Below, one piece after another: positions 8,629 through 19,403 of a stretch of DNA of 64,000 nucleotides. Both the position numbers and the translations under genes were made by a program. Each line of letters opens with the position of its first letter. Positions within the stretch are counted from its first letter, which is position 1. The notes under the pieces are model-generated. The model did not search any database and had not been told where the DNA came from. It was given only the letters and a program-made list of their open reading frames with translations. Origin of the DNA: Pseudothermotoga sp. (GTDB lineage: Bacteria > Thermotogota > Thermotogae > Thermotogales > DSM-5069); assembly GCA_031962025.1 (NCBI GenBank), contig JAVRKW010000003.1. The stretch is one strand, 5' to 3'.

Positions 8629-9272
8629 TGATCCTTGCGATAGATTACGGCGAAGCAAGATGTGGGCTGGCTCTGGGTGAAAAACTTGCGACAAGGCTCT
8701 GGACGGTCAGCAGACAGAAAATATTTTTTGAAATCTCAAAACTTGCAAATATCAATTGCTTTGTGATAGGGCTACCTCTTTCAATGAGCGGTAGATATTC
8801 ACAGCAGACTTATAAAACCATAGAATTCGCAGAAAAACTCTACATTAAATTTGGTAAAGAGGTTTATTTGATTGACGAAAGACTTTCAACCTATCTTTTC
8901 AAAGGCAGAAAAGATGTGGATCAGCTTAGTGCAGCAGAGATTTTCGACAGGTTTGTTTCGTCGAATGCCAATCGTTATGTGATAAAACCACCAGTCGAGC
9001 TCAGCGATGTGCAACTTGAGAAGGTCAGGAACGTCAAAGGAAAAGTCCTTGTTGCAAATCTTTCTGATGTTAGAGTACTGGCAGATGAGAGCTGGATCGT
9101 TTTTCAAAAAGATCCCTATTATGCGTATCTGTTTCACAAGGCTGGCTGTCATGTTGAGAGAGACCAGCGAAAGTTGGAAAACTTTGCGCCTTTTGATATC
9201 ATCATTGCTGGAGACTCATGTAAGGAATTTGAGTATTTGTTGAAATCAGACGGGAAGATCCTGTGCCTGTAG
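8625..9272 (+). CDS. ruvX: YqgF/RuvX family nuclease with C-terminal extension
   Basis: ILAIDYGEARCGLA, VIGLPLSMSG, DERLST and DQLSAAEI motifs; overlaps the recJ stop. Confidence 0.88.
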   Translation: MMILAIDYGEARCGLALGEKLATRLWTVSRQKIFFEISKLANINCFVIGLPLSMSGRYSQQTYKTIEFAEKLYIKFGKEVYLIDERLSTYLFKGRKDVDQLSAAEIFDRFVSSNANRYVIKPPVELSDVQLEKVRNVKGKVLVANLSDVRVLADESWIVFQKDPYYAYLFHKAGCHVERDQRKLENFAPFDIIIAGDSCKEFEYLLKSDGKILCL

Positions 9273-9339
9273 CTCAAATGGATAGAGCGCTGGACTCCGG
9301 ATCCAGAGGTTGCGGGTTCAACTCCCGCCAGGCACACCA
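9263..9339 (+). tRNA. tRNA-Arg (anticodon CCG)
   Basis: GTGCCTG/CAGGCAC acceptor, CTGGA-CTCCGGA-TCCAG anticodon arm, GCGGG-TTCAACT-CCCGC T arm, CCA. Confidence 0.95.
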
Positions 9340-9384
9340 GATTGTCTCCTGATAAAGACAGGAGAGTTCAGGGAGGTTAAACAA

Positions 9385-10395
9385 ATGCCAAAAGGTGACT
9401 TGGGTATAGATCTTGGTACGGCGAGTTTTATCGTTTATCAAAGAGGTAAGGGCATAGTAATCTTCGAACCTTCTGTTGTTGCAATTTCCGAGAAAACAGG
9501 AGAGATAGTTGCGATTGGTGAAGAGGCAAAAAAGATGCTTGGTAAAACGCCCGATTATTACAGAGCGGTCAAGCCGATGAAAGACGGAGTGATTGCGGAT
9601 TACAAAACCATTGAAGCTGTGATTAAAGAATTCATAAACCGCACTGTGAAAAAGTCATTTCTGTTTAAACCGGAACTCGTCATAGGCATTCCAACAAAGG
9701 CTACAAGTGTAGAAAAAAGAGCGGTTTTTGAGGCTGCATTGAATGCCGGTGCAAGAAAGGTTCACGTGGTTTCTGAGCCACTTGCAGCGGCAATAGGGGC
9801 TGGCATAGAAGTGACAAAATCTCAGGGGAATATGGTTGTAGACATAGGTGGTGGTACAACAGACATCGCCGTGATAAGCCTTGGGGGAGTTGTGATTGGT
9901 GATTCAATAAAAATCGCAGGTGATGCGATGGACGAAGCTATTGTGAGAGCGGTTAGAAGAAAGTATGGACTTGTAATAGGTGAGCCGACAGCAGAACAGG
10001 TGAAGATAAAAATAGGAAAAGTCCATCCTTCTATGGAAACATATCAAATGGAAATAAAAGGTAGAGATGCGGTGACTGGTTTACCCAGAACAGATCAGAT
10101 AAATTCCGATGATGTTCTGGAAACTCTAAAGCCGTTGGTTGAAACGATCATAGGCAGGATCAAGATGGTTCTTGAAAAAACTCCACCAGAACTTGCAGCA
10201 GATATCATCAATCAGGGCATAGTGCTTACAGGTGGCGGAGCTTTGACCAGAGGGCTGGACCTGTTGATGTCCGAAGAACTCGGAGTGAAAGTAATCGTTG
10301 CGGAAGATCCTATAACATGTGTGGCAAAAGGTACTGGAATTTTGCTGGATGATCAGGAACTTTTGAAGGTGGTGGCGACTTCTTATTCGAGGTGA
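9385..10395 (+). CDS. mreB: rod shape-determining actin-like protein (MreB/Mbl family)
   Basis: LGIDLGT, PMKDGVIAD, EPLAAAIGAG, VVDIGGGTTDIAVIS and LTGGGAL; GGGAGG SD before ATG 9385; position before flgFG resembles the Firmicute mbl-flhO-flhP order. Confidence 0.9.
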   Translation: MPKGDLGIDLGTASFIVYQRGKGIVIFEPSVVAISEKTGEIVAIGEEAKKMLGKTPDYYRAVKPMKDGVIADYKTIEAVIKEFINRTVKKSFLFKPELVIGIPTKATSVEKRAVFEAALNAGARKVHVVSEPLAAAIGAGIEVTKSQGNMVVDIGGGTTDIAVISLGGVVIGDSIKIAGDAMDEAIVRAVRRKYGLVIGEPTAEQVKIKIGKVHPSMETYQMEIKGRDAVTGLPRTDQINSDDVLETLKPLVETIIGRIKMVLEKTPPELAADIINQGIVLTGGGALTRGLDLLMSEELGVKVIVAEDPITCVAKGTGILLDDQELLKVVATSYSR

Positions 10396-10399
10396 TAAT

Positions 10400-11149
10400 G
10401 TGGTAAGGGGAATCTACACAGCGGCGATGGGAATGTTACTCGATGTGGCTAAGGTTGATACAACAGCCAACAACCTTGCAAACGTTGAAACCATAGGGTA
10501 CAAAAAAGACAGATTAGCCTTCAGGGCTTATCAGGATCGTGAAATCTACGCTTTACCGAACAAAAGAAATCCCATCGGTAGTCTGACATACAGTGCGGTC
10601 CTTGACGATGTTTACCTTGATACTTCCCATGGTGTTTTTCAGCAAACCGATAATCCGCTCGATCTTGCAATATATTCAGATGGTTATTTTGCTTTGCAGG
10701 CAGAAGATGGTATTTACTATACCAGGGCTGGCAACTTCAAAGTCGATGCTGAAGGCTATATAGTGAATACAGATGGGTTGAGACTTTTAGATGAAAACAA
10801 CCAGCCCATACAGTTTCTTGACGGTTACAGCATAGATCAGGATGGGTATGTGAAAGATAGATTCAACAACGTTGTTACAAGAATTGGTGTATATACTTTT
10901 GAGGATCAATCACAGCTCAGGAAAATAGGTTATACACTCTTTGAGCCCACTATTGAAAGTGGTCAAGCGGTTGCCGCAGAAGATTTTAGGATTTTACCAG
11001 GTTATGTTGAATTATCAAATGTAAATGCAATTTTGGAGATGACAAAACTGATCGAAGCCCAGAGACATTTTGAAATATCACAAAAGGTTGTTGTGGTTGA
11101 AGATGAAATGCTGGCGAAGCTGACAAGCCAAGTTGGTTCTACAAGATAG
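10400..11149 (+). CDS. flgF: flagellar basal-body rod protein FlgF
   Basis: GIYTAAMGM, ANNLANVETIGYK, YTRAGNF and GYVELSNVN motifs. Confidence 0.85.
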   Translation: MVRGIYTAAMGMLLDVAKVDTTANNLANVETIGYKKDRLAFRAYQDREIYALPNKRNPIGSLTYSAVLDDVYLDTSHGVFQQTDNPLDLAIYSDGYFALQAEDGIYYTRAGNFKVDAEGYIVNTDGLRLLDENNQPIQFLDGYSIDQDGYVKDRFNNVVTRIGVYTFEDQSQLRKIGYTLFEPTIESGQAVAAEDFRILPGYVELSNVNAILEMTKLIEAQRHFEISQKVVVVEDEMLAKLTSQVGSTR

Positions 11150-11165
11150 CAGGAGGTGCTCAAAG

Positions 11166-11951
11166 ATGATGGTTTCTCTGTATTCAGCGGCAACTGGTAT
11201 GTGGGCTCAACAGTATAAACTGGACACTGTTTCTAACAACCTTGCAAATGTCGACACGACAAGTTACAAGAAAGTCCGTGCCGAATTTCAGGATCTTGTC
11301 TATCAGTATTACAAGAATGCCGGTACACCCACCGCTGTTAATTCAACGATACCAACGGGAATCTATTTTGGTCATGGAACAAGATTGGCTGCCACAACGA
11401 AGATTTTTTCCCTGGGTAATATGGAGCACACGGGTAATGCACTCGATGTGGCAATTACAGGTGATGGTTTTTTCCAGATACAGCTTCAGGATGGTAGAAT
11501 TGCTTACACAAGAGATGGTTCTTTCAAGATAGACAGCAATGGTACCGTTGTAACGGCAAACGGTCTTGCACTGGTACCAAATATCACCGTTCCCGCAGAT
11601 GCAGTTGCAATAAACATTTCACCTGATGGAATTTTCTCTGTTGAAATGCAGGATGGTACGATACAGAATCTTGGTACTATAACGCTTGTTCGGTTTGTGA
11701 ATCCTTCTGGTTTGAAGTCAATTGGTGATAATCTGTACCTACAAACAACTGCTTCAGGTGCGCCAATAGAAGGTACACCCAATCAGGACGGCTTCGGAGC
11801 TCTGCAACAGGGTTATCTGGAAAAATCAAATGTGGATGTTGTCAAAGAAATGGTTGATATGATCACTGCGCAAAGGGCATATGAACTGAACGCGCGAACG
11901 ATTCAGACTGCTGATAGTATGCTCCAAACCGTTTCCACACTCAAGAGATAA
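11166..11951 (+). CDS. flgG: flagellar basal-body rod protein FlgG
   Basis: SLYSAATGM, SNNLANVDT, FQDLVYQ, YTRDGSF and QGYLEKSNVDVVKEMVDMITAQRAYELN; AGGAGG SD. Confidence 0.95.
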   Translation: MMVSLYSAATGMWAQQYKLDTVSNNLANVDTTSYKKVRAEFQDLVYQYYKNAGTPTAVNSTIPTGIYFGHGTRLAATTKIFSLGNMEHTGNALDVAITGDGFFQIQLQDGRIAYTRDGSFKIDSNGTVVTANGLALVPNITVPADAVAINISPDGIFSVEMQDGTIQNLGTITLVRFVNPSGLKSIGDNLYLQTTASGAPIEGTPNQDGFGALQQGYLEKSNVDVVKEMVDMITAQRAYELNARTIQTADSMLQTVSTLKR

Positions 11952-12000
11952 TTTGGTTCTTTTCGCGGATGCGCATCCGCCTTTCTCCAGTTGAGAAAGG

Positions 12001-12675
12001 ATGGAAAAGGTGAAAAAGTTAATTCTGTTACTGCTATCATTCCAGGTCTTACTTTGTGGTAGTGATCTACTGCACCGCGTACAGGATGGTGTTTTACAGT
12101 ACCTGCTTGCAAAATTCGGTGACGATGCAACGGTTACAAATCTTCAGTTTAAACAAGATATTCCTCCATCAGACGACTTTCAGATACTCTCCCACAGTCT
12201 TTACGATGGAAAAGTGAATTTATTGATCAAATTCCTTCAGAATGGTTCTTTTTCAGGATACATTCAAGCTGTTGCGACTGTTTCTGTTTTAAGGAATGTT
12301 CTGATATCTCGCAGAATTATTAAGAGCGGTGAAGTGATAAAGCCAGAAGATGTGTCACTCGTTCAGTTAGATGTCTTTGGAAAGAGCGGACAATTCACAG
12401 ATAAGATCGAAGATGTGGTGGGAAAATTAAGCAAGAAAATGATCAAACAAGGTGAACCGATAGATCTTTTTTATCTTACCAGACCACCGGATGTCAAAGC
12501 AGGACAGGTTTTACCTGCGACGATTCAAATAGGTTCGGTGATGATTACGACTTTTGTGAGAGTTGTGCAGGATGGGAATTTTGGAGAGATTATCAAAGCC
12601 AGAAATATTTCGACGGGTTTTTTAATACAGGGAATACTCAAAGAAGATTACTCAATACATGTCATTGGGAGTTGA
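12001..12675 (+). CDS. flgA: flagellar P-ring formation chaperone FlgA
   Basis: Signal peptide, SAF domain (IKSGEVIKPEDV), DGNFGEIIKARNISTG; context between flgG and flgH; true start may be GTG 12010. Confidence 0.85.
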   Translation: MEKVKKLILLLLSFQVLLCGSDLLHRVQDGVLQYLLAKFGDDATVTNLQFKQDIPPSDDFQILSHSLYDGKVNLLIKFLQNGSFSGYIQAVATVSVLRNVLISRRIIKSGEVIKPEDVSLVQLDVFGKSGQFTDKIEDVVGKLSKKMIKQGEPIDLFYLTRPPDVKAGQVLPATIQIGSVMITTFVRVVQDGNFGEIIKARNISTGFLIQGILKEDYSIHVIGS

Positions 12676-12679
12676 GATT

Positions 12680-13273
12680 GTGAAGAAAATTTTTGCTTTT
12701 TTGATTTTGATTCAGGCATTGATCATCTCTGGTACGTCACTGTGGAACAGTTCTACAAACAACCAGTTTAAAAACATACTGGGCGATCGAAAGGCAAGTA
12801 AAGTGGGAGATATTGTTACTATCATTGTGAAAGAGGCACCAAAGATCAATGCATCGAGCGAAAACACAGCCTTTGAGAATGCGTTGATGAATCTTTTTAC
12901 AGGTGCTGTGAAAAACATTACGCAGTTTGACCTGTCACAGTTCATACCCATAAAGAACAACTCCACACAGCAAAGATCAGCACAAATGAGTTCCACAGTT
13001 GCCCTTACACTCTCGGCTGTGGTAGTTGACACAAGCAATGGGAATTTTATCATCGAAGGAAACAAGAAGCTCAAGGTAGGAGAACAGCTCAGCGAAATAA
13101 TTATAAGAGGAACGGTGAGACCTGACGATATATCTTCGGATAATACCGTTGATTCTTCGAAAATTGCAAACTGTCAGATATGGGTGAACGGTCAGCTCGT
13201 TTTCAGGCAGAATCCAGATCAGGAGTCGTGGCTGGATTACATCCTATCGGCGATTGCAAAGTGGTTTCTGTGA
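12680..13273 (+). CDS. flgH: flagellar L-ring protein FlgH
   Basis: DRKASKVGDIVTIIVKE, NGNFIIEGNK and GTVRPDDISSDNTVDSSKIAN; GTG 12680 likely start. Confidence 0.9.
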   Translation: MKKIFAFLILIQALIISGTSLWNSSTNNQFKNILGDRKASKVGDIVTIIVKEAPKINASSENTAFENALMNLFTGAVKNITQFDLSQFIPIKNNSTQQRSAQMSSTVALTLSAVVVDTSNGNFIIEGNKKLKVGEQLSEIIIRGTVRPDDISSDNTVDSSKIANCQIWVNGQLVFRQNPDQESWLDYILSAIAKWFL

Positions 13274-13282
13274 GGTGAAATC

Positions 13283-14281
13283 ATGAGAAAGGCACTGTTT
13301 ATTTTCCTGTTGATCTTTCTGACAGTTCAGTTGTTTTCCACAACGCGCATAAAGGATATAGCTGTTTTCAGAGGTGCACGGGACAACCAGCTTTTTGGAC
13401 TGGGAGTTGTCGTTGGTTTGAATGGTACGGGAGACTCTGGAAAGGTTAATTCGACTTTGCTGGCAAATATGGCAAAGGTTTTTAACATCAGCATAGATGC
13501 CGCCGATCTCAAGACAAGAAACAGCGCCCTTGTGATGGTCTTAGCCGATATACCTCCGTTTTACAAAGAAGGTATGAGGCTCGACGTGACAGTTGCGTCA
13601 ATAGGAGATGCGAAATCTCTGCAGGGAGGGATATTGATTCAAACTCCACTGTATGGTGCCGATGGTCATGTATATGCGGTGGCACAGGGAAATGTCAGCG
13701 TTGGTGGAGCTGAAGTGAAGGTCTCTGCAAATCTGCAGAATAAGTACAAAATAGTTGGTTACATCCCAAACGGTGCAATAGTTGAAAAGGAAATTCCATC
13801 GGAATTTGTGGAATCAAATAACGTCACCATTTTACTCAGAACACCTGATTTCACAACGGCAGCCAGAGTTGCACAGGCGATAAATACAACCTTTGACAGA
13901 AAGATAGCAAAGGCGGTCGATGCATCTTCAATCAGAACACAGGTACCTTCTGCTTTTGAGGACGATATAGTTACTTTCCTTTCGTTGATTGAAGAGATAG
14001 AAATTTCTGTTGACCAGCCCGCAAGAGTTGTAATAAATGAGAAAACAGGGACAGTTGTCTTTGGAGGAAATGTGAGAGTTTTGGACTTCACGCTTTCATA
14101 CGGTGTTTTCAATATAAGCGTCAAAAACGGAAAGGTTCTGTCTGACAAACAAACAGATGCAACGGTCTCGGAGCTGGTAACAGCTCTGAAAAGTCTTGGT
14201 GCAACACCTCAAGATATCATAGCCATTCTCCAGACGATGCACAGTGCGGGTGTCCTGCTCGCAGATCTGGTGGTGATGTGA
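13283..14281 (+). CDS. flgI: flagellar P-ring protein FlgI
   Basis: RIKDI, NQLFGLGVVVGLNGTGD, SIGDAKSLQGGIL and ARVVINEKTGTVV. Confidence 0.95.
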   Translation: MRKALFIFLLIFLTVQLFSTTRIKDIAVFRGARDNQLFGLGVVVGLNGTGDSGKVNSTLLANMAKVFNISIDAADLKTRNSALVMVLADIPPFYKEGMRLDVTVASIGDAKSLQGGILIQTPLYGADGHVYAVAQGNVSVGGAEVKVSANLQNKYKIVGYIPNGAIVEKEIPSEFVESNNVTILLRTPDFTTAARVAQAINTTFDRKIAKAVDASSIRTQVPSAFEDDIVTFLSLIEEIEISVDQPARVVINEKTGTVVFGGNVRVLDFTLSYGVFNISVKNGKVLSDKQTDATVSELVTALKSLGATPQDIIAILQTMHSAGVLLADLVVM

Positions 14282-14541
14282 TGATTTCTCAAGTTTCGGG
14301 TGTTAAGCAGTCCGATAAACTCTGGAATGCGTGCTCTGAATTTGTAGGTTCTCTTTTCTACGATATCTTTAAAAAGATGTATGAATCCATACCCCAGTCT
14401 GATCTTATACCAAAAAGTTCCACTGAAAAGTGGTTTACCAATATGCTGTTGTATGAATATTCAAAACAGGCGGCAAAGGACGACTTGAAACCGCTTGTTG
14501 ATATGGTCTATAAAAAACTTGCCACAAAGATTTATCAGTGA
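14278..14541 (+). CDS. flgJ: FlgJ-like rod-binding protein (no muramidase domain)
   Basis: [26 protein letters not shown] single Rod-binding domain; follows flgI. Confidence 0.75.
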   Translation: MMISQVSGVKQSDKLWNACSEFVGSLFYDIFKKMYESIPQSDLIPKSSTEKWFTNMLLYEYSKQAAKDDLKPLVDMVYKKLATKIYQ

Positions 14542-15599
14542 GCTGAAATGGTGTTTTTTTCTTTGAGCAATTTTACGAGTTCATCCTCAAGAAGCCTGGT
14601 TATCAGTTCGTCCAGATCGCCGTCCAGGATCTCTTTGAGTCTGTAAGTGGTGTAGTTTATTCTGTGATCTGTCACGCGATTTTGTGGAAAATTATAGGTT
14701 CTGATTTTTTCGCTTCTTTCGGCTGTGCCTATCTGACTTTTTCTCTGCTGTGAGAGTTGTGCAGAGATCTTTTCCTGTTCCATCTCATAGAGTTTTGCAC
14801 GCAATATCGATAGTGCCCTTTCACGGTTTTGATGCTGCGACCTTTCACTTTGACAGGATACGATCATTCCAGTTGGAAGATGTGTTATTCTCACAGCCGA
14901 CTCGGTTTTGTTCACATATTGCCCACCATGTCCCGATGCTTTGAAGGTATCGATTTTTATATCTTTTGGATCTATGTATATCTCAACATCAGAAACCTCT
15001 GGCAGTACTGCAACTGTGGCTGTTGAAGTGTGTATTCTCCCGGAAGACTCGGTCACAGGGATTCTCTGAACTCTGTGTACGCCGCTCTCCAGTCTCAAGA
15101 ATTTGTATGCCGACTTACCTTTTATGAGAAAAACGACTTCTTTAAAACCACCAAGACCGGTGTCATGAAAATCGTAGAGTTCTATCTGCCAACCTTTTCT
15201 CTCTGCATATCTTGTGTACATGCGGTACAAATCTGCTGCAAACAGAGCTGCTTCCTCACCACCTGTACCCGCTCTGATCTCAACAATGACGTTGTTGTGT
15301 TCCTTGATCGGAAGAAGCCGTGATATCAAATCTGTCATCTTTTTTTCATATTCTTTTTCTGCTTTCTCAAGTTCGATCTGGGCAGAAGGATCTTCCTGCA
15401 GAATTTGCTGCCAGAAATCGATTTCTTCCTGAATTTTTTTCAGCTGCTGATATGTTTCAAGGATTTCTTTTAGGTTAGAGTATTCAACAGACAGCGATTT
15501 GATCTGCTCAGGGTCGAGATTGGAACTTGTCAGCTTGATTTCCAGCTCACCGACCTTGTCGCTGATCTTTTGGATCACAGATTCCACAACGTCCATCAT
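14535..15599 (-). CDS. prfA: peptide chain release factor 1
   Basis: [24 protein letters not shown] (PxT, RF1-specific), GGQ and [15 protein letters not shown]. Confidence 0.97.
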   Translation of the reverse strand: MMDVVESVIQKISDKVGELEIKLTSSNLDPEQIKSLSVEYSNLKEILETYQQLKKIQEEIDFWQQILQEDPSAQIELEKAEKEYEKKMTDLISRLLPIKEHNNVIVEIRAGTGGEEAALFAADLYRMYTRYAERKGWQIELYDFHDTGLGGFKEVVFLIKGKSAYKFLRLESGVHRVQRIPVTESSGRIHTSTATVAVLPEVSDVEIYIDPKDIKIDTFKASGHGGQYVNKTESAVRITHLPTGMIVSCQSERSQHQNRERALSILRAKLYEMEQEKISAQLSQQRKSQIGTAERSEKIRTYNFPQNRVTDHRINYTTYRLKEILDGDLDELITRLLEDELVKLLKEKNTISAH

Positions 15600-16654
15600 C
15601 CCACTTTTCGCCTCATTTCCTCAGGATTTCTCGCATATTCATAGATCTGTGTCTTGTCGATATAGCCGCTGGTATATGCTTTGAACAGGGCATCATCGAA
15701 CAGTACCATGCCCTGTTTTGCACTTGTTTGCATGATGGATTCTATCTGGTGCAGTTTGTTTTCTCTTATCAGGTTTTTGATGGCAGCTGTTCCAATGAGT
15801 ATCTCCAGGATCGGTACCATACCTTTTTGGTCACAGCGTGGCAGTAATCTCTGGTAAATTATTGCAACAAGAGTATTGGCAAGTTGCAGGGCTATTTGTT
15901 TTTGCTGGTGTGCCGGAAAAACATCTATAATTCTTTCCGGTGCACTCGCGGCACTGTTGGTGTGTATAGTACTGAAAACCAGATGTCCTGTTTCAGCGGC
16001 AGTTAATGCCAGTGACATGGTTTCAAGATCTCTCATTTCACCAACGAGTATCACATCTGGATCCTGTCTCAATGCATATTTAAGACCGTCGTAGAAACTT
16101 TTGGTATCCTGCCCGAGTTCTCTCTGATGTATCACGGACTTTTTGTTCGTGAAAATGTATTCTATTGGATCTTCGATTGTGATGATGTGATATGGATTGT
16201 TTTCATTTATATAATCTATCATTGCGGCAAGAGTGGTTGATTTTCCACTTCCAGTGGGTCCTGCAACCAGTATTAAGCCTGAATCTTTCTGTGTGAAATC
16301 TTTGAGTATCTGTGGAAGACCGAGTTCATCAAAGGTTCTGATTTTTCGAGTTATGAGCCTTAATGCAAGAGCTGGTTTTTTTCTTTCGTAGTACAGATTG
16401 CCGCGCACTCTCACCTGATCTGAGACACTAAAAGCAAAATCGATTTCTTTCTTGTTTGGATCGACAACTAACCCTATGTGGTTGAACAGTATATCTATGG
16501 CACCCATCAGATCATTCTCTCTGATTGGTGGTAGATCTTTTTGTACAACCAGCAAGCCATTGATTCTGTATATGGGTGGCTCATCTGTGCAAAGATGAAT
16601 ATCAGAAGCTTTCTTGTTAAAAGCATCCATCACAAGCTGGGATAACTCTATCAT
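15596..16654 (-). CDS. pilT: type IV pilus retraction ATPase PilT
   Basis: [51 protein letters not shown] and AIKNLIRE. Confidence 0.93.
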   Translation of the reverse strand: MIELSQLVMDAFNKKASDIHLCTDEPPIYRINGLLVVQKDLPPIRENDLMGAIDILFNHIGLVVDPNKKEIDFAFSVSDQVRVRGNLYYERKKPALALRLITRKIRTFDELGLPQILKDFTQKDSGLILVAGPTGSGKSTTLAAMIDYINENNPYHIITIEDPIEYIFTNKKSVIHQRELGQDTKSFYDGLKYALRQDPDVILVGEMRDLETMSLALTAAETGHLVFSTIHTNSAASAPERIIDVFPAHQQKQIALQLANTLVAIIYQRLLPRCDQKGMVPILEILIGTAAIKNLIRENKLHQIESIMQTSAKQGMVLFDDALFKAYTSGYIDKTQIYEYARNPEEMRRKVG

Positions 16655-16655
16655 T

Positions 16656-19391
16656 TTATCTTCCTTCCTGCTCTCTTAAAACCCTTGCACACCTTGGACA
16701 GGTATTTGGAAATTGTTGATCGCTCCCTGTCAACGGGTGATATTTCCAGCATCTGTCACATTTTTCGCCGTCCGCTTTCTGAACTATTATTTCATCGATA
16801 TCAGATTTTTGGATTTCAACCTGTGAAACGATGAAAAATTCTTCCAGATATTCAGTGTATTTGTTCAATAAATCCAAAGTCTTCTGTGAATTTGATCTTA
16901 TTATCAACTTTGCGTCCAGAGAGTGACCGATCAAACCGGACTGCCTGACTTCCTCGAGAGATTTCAAAGCCTGATCTCGAATTTGCATCAATTCGTCAAA
17001 GTCAGCCATTATTTGCCTGTCTATCCATTCTTCGTGGTATTCTGGCCAGTGTTCCACCTGAACAGATTCGTACTTGGTTTTCTGGGATTTGAAGTACTCA
17101 TAAGCTTCTTCACAGGTGAATGCGAGTATGGGAGAAAGCATCACGAGTAAGGATTTGAGTATATGATAAAGAACAGTCTGGGCAGATCTGCGTTGCAGAG
17201 AGTTTTTCCCTTCGACGTACAGTCTGTCTTTTACGATGTCAAGATAAACTGCACTCAATTCAACAGAACAGTATTTCACAAGGATGTTGTACACCCTTGA
17301 AAACTCGTAACTTTCATACGCCTCTGTGACTGATTTGATGATTTGCTGTAACCTTCCCAGAGCCCATTTATCGATAGGCATGAGTTTTTCAAATGTTATT
17401 GCATCATCCTCTGAAAAGTCATAGAGGTTTCCAAGAAGATATCTGAATGTGTTTCTTACTTTTTTATAGACCTCAACCTGCTGCGATATTATGTTCTGTG
17501 AGATCCTTATGTCATTGAAGTAATCACTGCTTGCAAGCCAGAGTCTTAACACGTCTGCTCCGTATTTTGAACAAACTTCAAGTGGATCAACGACATTTCC
17601 CAAAGACTTGCTCATCTTTTTTCCTTCTTCATCTTTTATGAATCCGTGAGTCAGAACTATTTTATATGGTGCCATGTCGTGCTTTACAACTGATAATACT
17701 ATCGATGAATTGAACCAGCCTCTGTGCTGATCACTACCCTCAAGGTACATATCCGCTGGAAAAGTTAGATCAGGTCTTGCTGTCAAGACCGCTTCAAATG
17801 AAGCACCTGAATCAATCCAAACATCGAGCGTATCGTACATCTTGCTGAAATTCTTAGATCCGCATTTTTTGCAGGTATACCCTTTGGGTAAAAGTTCATC
17901 TTCGGACATCTCAAACCACGCGTTTGTACCCTTTTCTTTGACTATTTGAGCAAAATGGCGAATAATCAATGGATCGAGTATTACTTGCTGACAGTCGTTG
18001 CATCTGAAAGCCGGTATCGGTGTACCCCATATTCGCTGCCTTGAAATGCACCAGTCTGGTCTTTCCTGAATCATCGCACTGATTCTATTTTTCCCCCAGG
18101 AAGGGATCCATGTGACATCATCTATATTTTTGAGAACTCTGTTTCTCAAATCTTTCTTTTCAATTGATACAAACCACTGCTCTGTGGCTCTGAAGATAAC
18201 CGGTTTCTTACACCTCCAGCAGTGCGGGTAAGAATGTGATATCTTCTCTTCTTTCAAGAGCGCTCCCATTTGCTTTAAATCTTCGATGATCAGTCTGTTT
18301 GCTTTGTCTATGTGCATTCCAGCGTATTTTCCAGCCTGCTCGGTAAAAATGCCTTCTTCATTCACCGGAGAGATGATTTCAAGGTTATTTAAAAGGTAAC
18401 CATATTCGTAATCTTCTTCACCATGACCGGGTGCAATATGGACACAACCCGAACCTGTTTCCATATCGACAAAATCCGCGGCTATGATGCGTGACTCTCT
18501 TTGATAAAGTGGATGAATTGCTATCTCACCTTCGAGCGATTTTCCACTGAATGTTTCTAATATTTCGTATTCATCAATTCCGATCTGGTGCATGGTGCTG
18601 GCGAGTAATTTTTCCGCGACAATCCATATTTCACCTTTTACACGAACCCTGACATATCTATGATCGGGATGCACTGCTATACCCGTGTTGCCGGGCAGAG
18701 TCCATGGTGTCGTTGTCCATATTATTATGTATTCGTCACGATTCTTCATTTTGAATTTGACATATATGGATGTGGACAGATGATCATGGTATTCTATCTC
18801 AGCCTGTGCGAGTGCGGTTCGGCAGTTGTGGCACCACAGTACGGGCTTCTTGGCTCTGTAAACATATCCATCTTCCACCAGTTTTTCAAAGACTTCGTAG
18901 ATTTTATATTCATATTCTGGTTTGAGAGTGGCGTAGAAATTTTCCCAATCACCTACCACCCCAAGCCTTTGAAACTGCCTTTTCTGTATCTCTATTTGCT
19001 GTTTTGCAAAATCCTCACAGGCTTTTCTTATCTGCATCTGGCTCATGGATTTTATTTTTTCACCGAGTGCTGTGGTGACTTTGTGCTCTATCGGCAATCC
19101 GTGTGTATCCCAGCCTGGAACGTACGGAGATCTATAGCCTCTCAGGACCTTGTACCTCACAACGATATCTTTCAAAATCTTATTCATTGCGGTACCTATA
19201 TGTATGTCACCATTGGCGTATGGTGGACCATCGTGAAGAACAAAGGTTGGGCAGTTGATTCTCTGGTTTTGTACATAATTGTAGATATCGATTTTTTTCC
19301 ATTTTTCAAGAATACGTGGTTCTTTTTCGACCAGATTTGCACGCATTGCAAAATCGGTGCTTGGAAGATTCAGAGTCTGTCTGTATTCCAA
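16656..19391 (-). CDS. ileS: isoleucine--tRNA ligase (type 1)
   Basis: [39 protein letters not shown] and C-terminal zinc motif CDRCW..CPRC; AGGAGG SD. Confidence 0.97.
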   Translation of the reverse strand: MEYRQTLNLPSTDFAMRANLVEKEPRILEKWKKIDIYNYVQNQRINCPTFVLHDGPPYANGDIHIGTAMNKILKDIVVRYKVLRGYRSPYVPGWDTHGLPIEHKVTTALGEKIKSMSQMQIRKACEDFAKQQIEIQKRQFQRLGVVGDWENFYATLKPEYEYKIYEVFEKLVEDGYVYRAKKPVLWCHNCRTALAQAEIEYHDHLSTSIYVKFKMKNRDEYIIIWTTTPWTLPGNTGIAVHPDHRYVRVRVKGEIWIVAEKLLASTMHQIGIDEYEILETFSGKSLEGEIAIHPLYQRESRIIAADFVDMETGSGCVHIAPGHGEEDYEYGYLLNNLEIISPVNEEGIFTEQAGKYAGMHIDKANRLIIEDLKQMGALLKEEKISHSYPHCWRCKKPVIFRATEQWFVSIEKKDLRNRVLKNIDDVTWIPSWGKNRISAMIQERPDWCISRQRIWGTPIPAFRCNDCQQVILDPLIIRHFAQIVKEKGTNAWFEMSEDELLPKGYTCKKCGSKNFSKMYDTLDVWIDSGASFEAVLTARPDLTFPADMYLEGSDQHRGWFNSSIVLSVVKHDMAPYKIVLTHGFIKDEEGKKMSKSLGNVVDPLEVCSKYGADVLRLWLASSDYFNDIRISQNIISQQVEVYKKVRNTFRYLLGNLYDFSEDDAITFEKLMPIDKWALGRLQQIIKSVTEAYESYEFSRVYNILVKYCSVELSAVYLDIVKDRLYVEGKNSLQRRSAQTVLYHILKSLLVMLSPILAFTCEEAYEYFKSQKTKYESVQVEHWPEYHEEWIDRQIMADFDELMQIRDQALKSLEEVRQSGLIGHSLDAKLIIRSNSQKTLDLLNKYTEYLEEFFIVSQVEIQKSDIDEIIVQKADGEKCDRCWKYHPLTGSDQQFPNTCPRCARVLREQEGR

Positions 19392-19403
19392 AATGGCACC
19401 TCC

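Noticed and set aside
9310..9384. N-terminal extensions given by the track for mreB (also rimP from 32914, the kinase from 22714 and the thioredoxin from 57978)
   Set aside because: They overlap tRNAs or upstream genes; downstream starts have clear SD sequences
19195..19215. HIGT instead of HIGH in IleRS
   Set aside because: Ordinary variation of the class I signature; the rest of the enzyme is canonical
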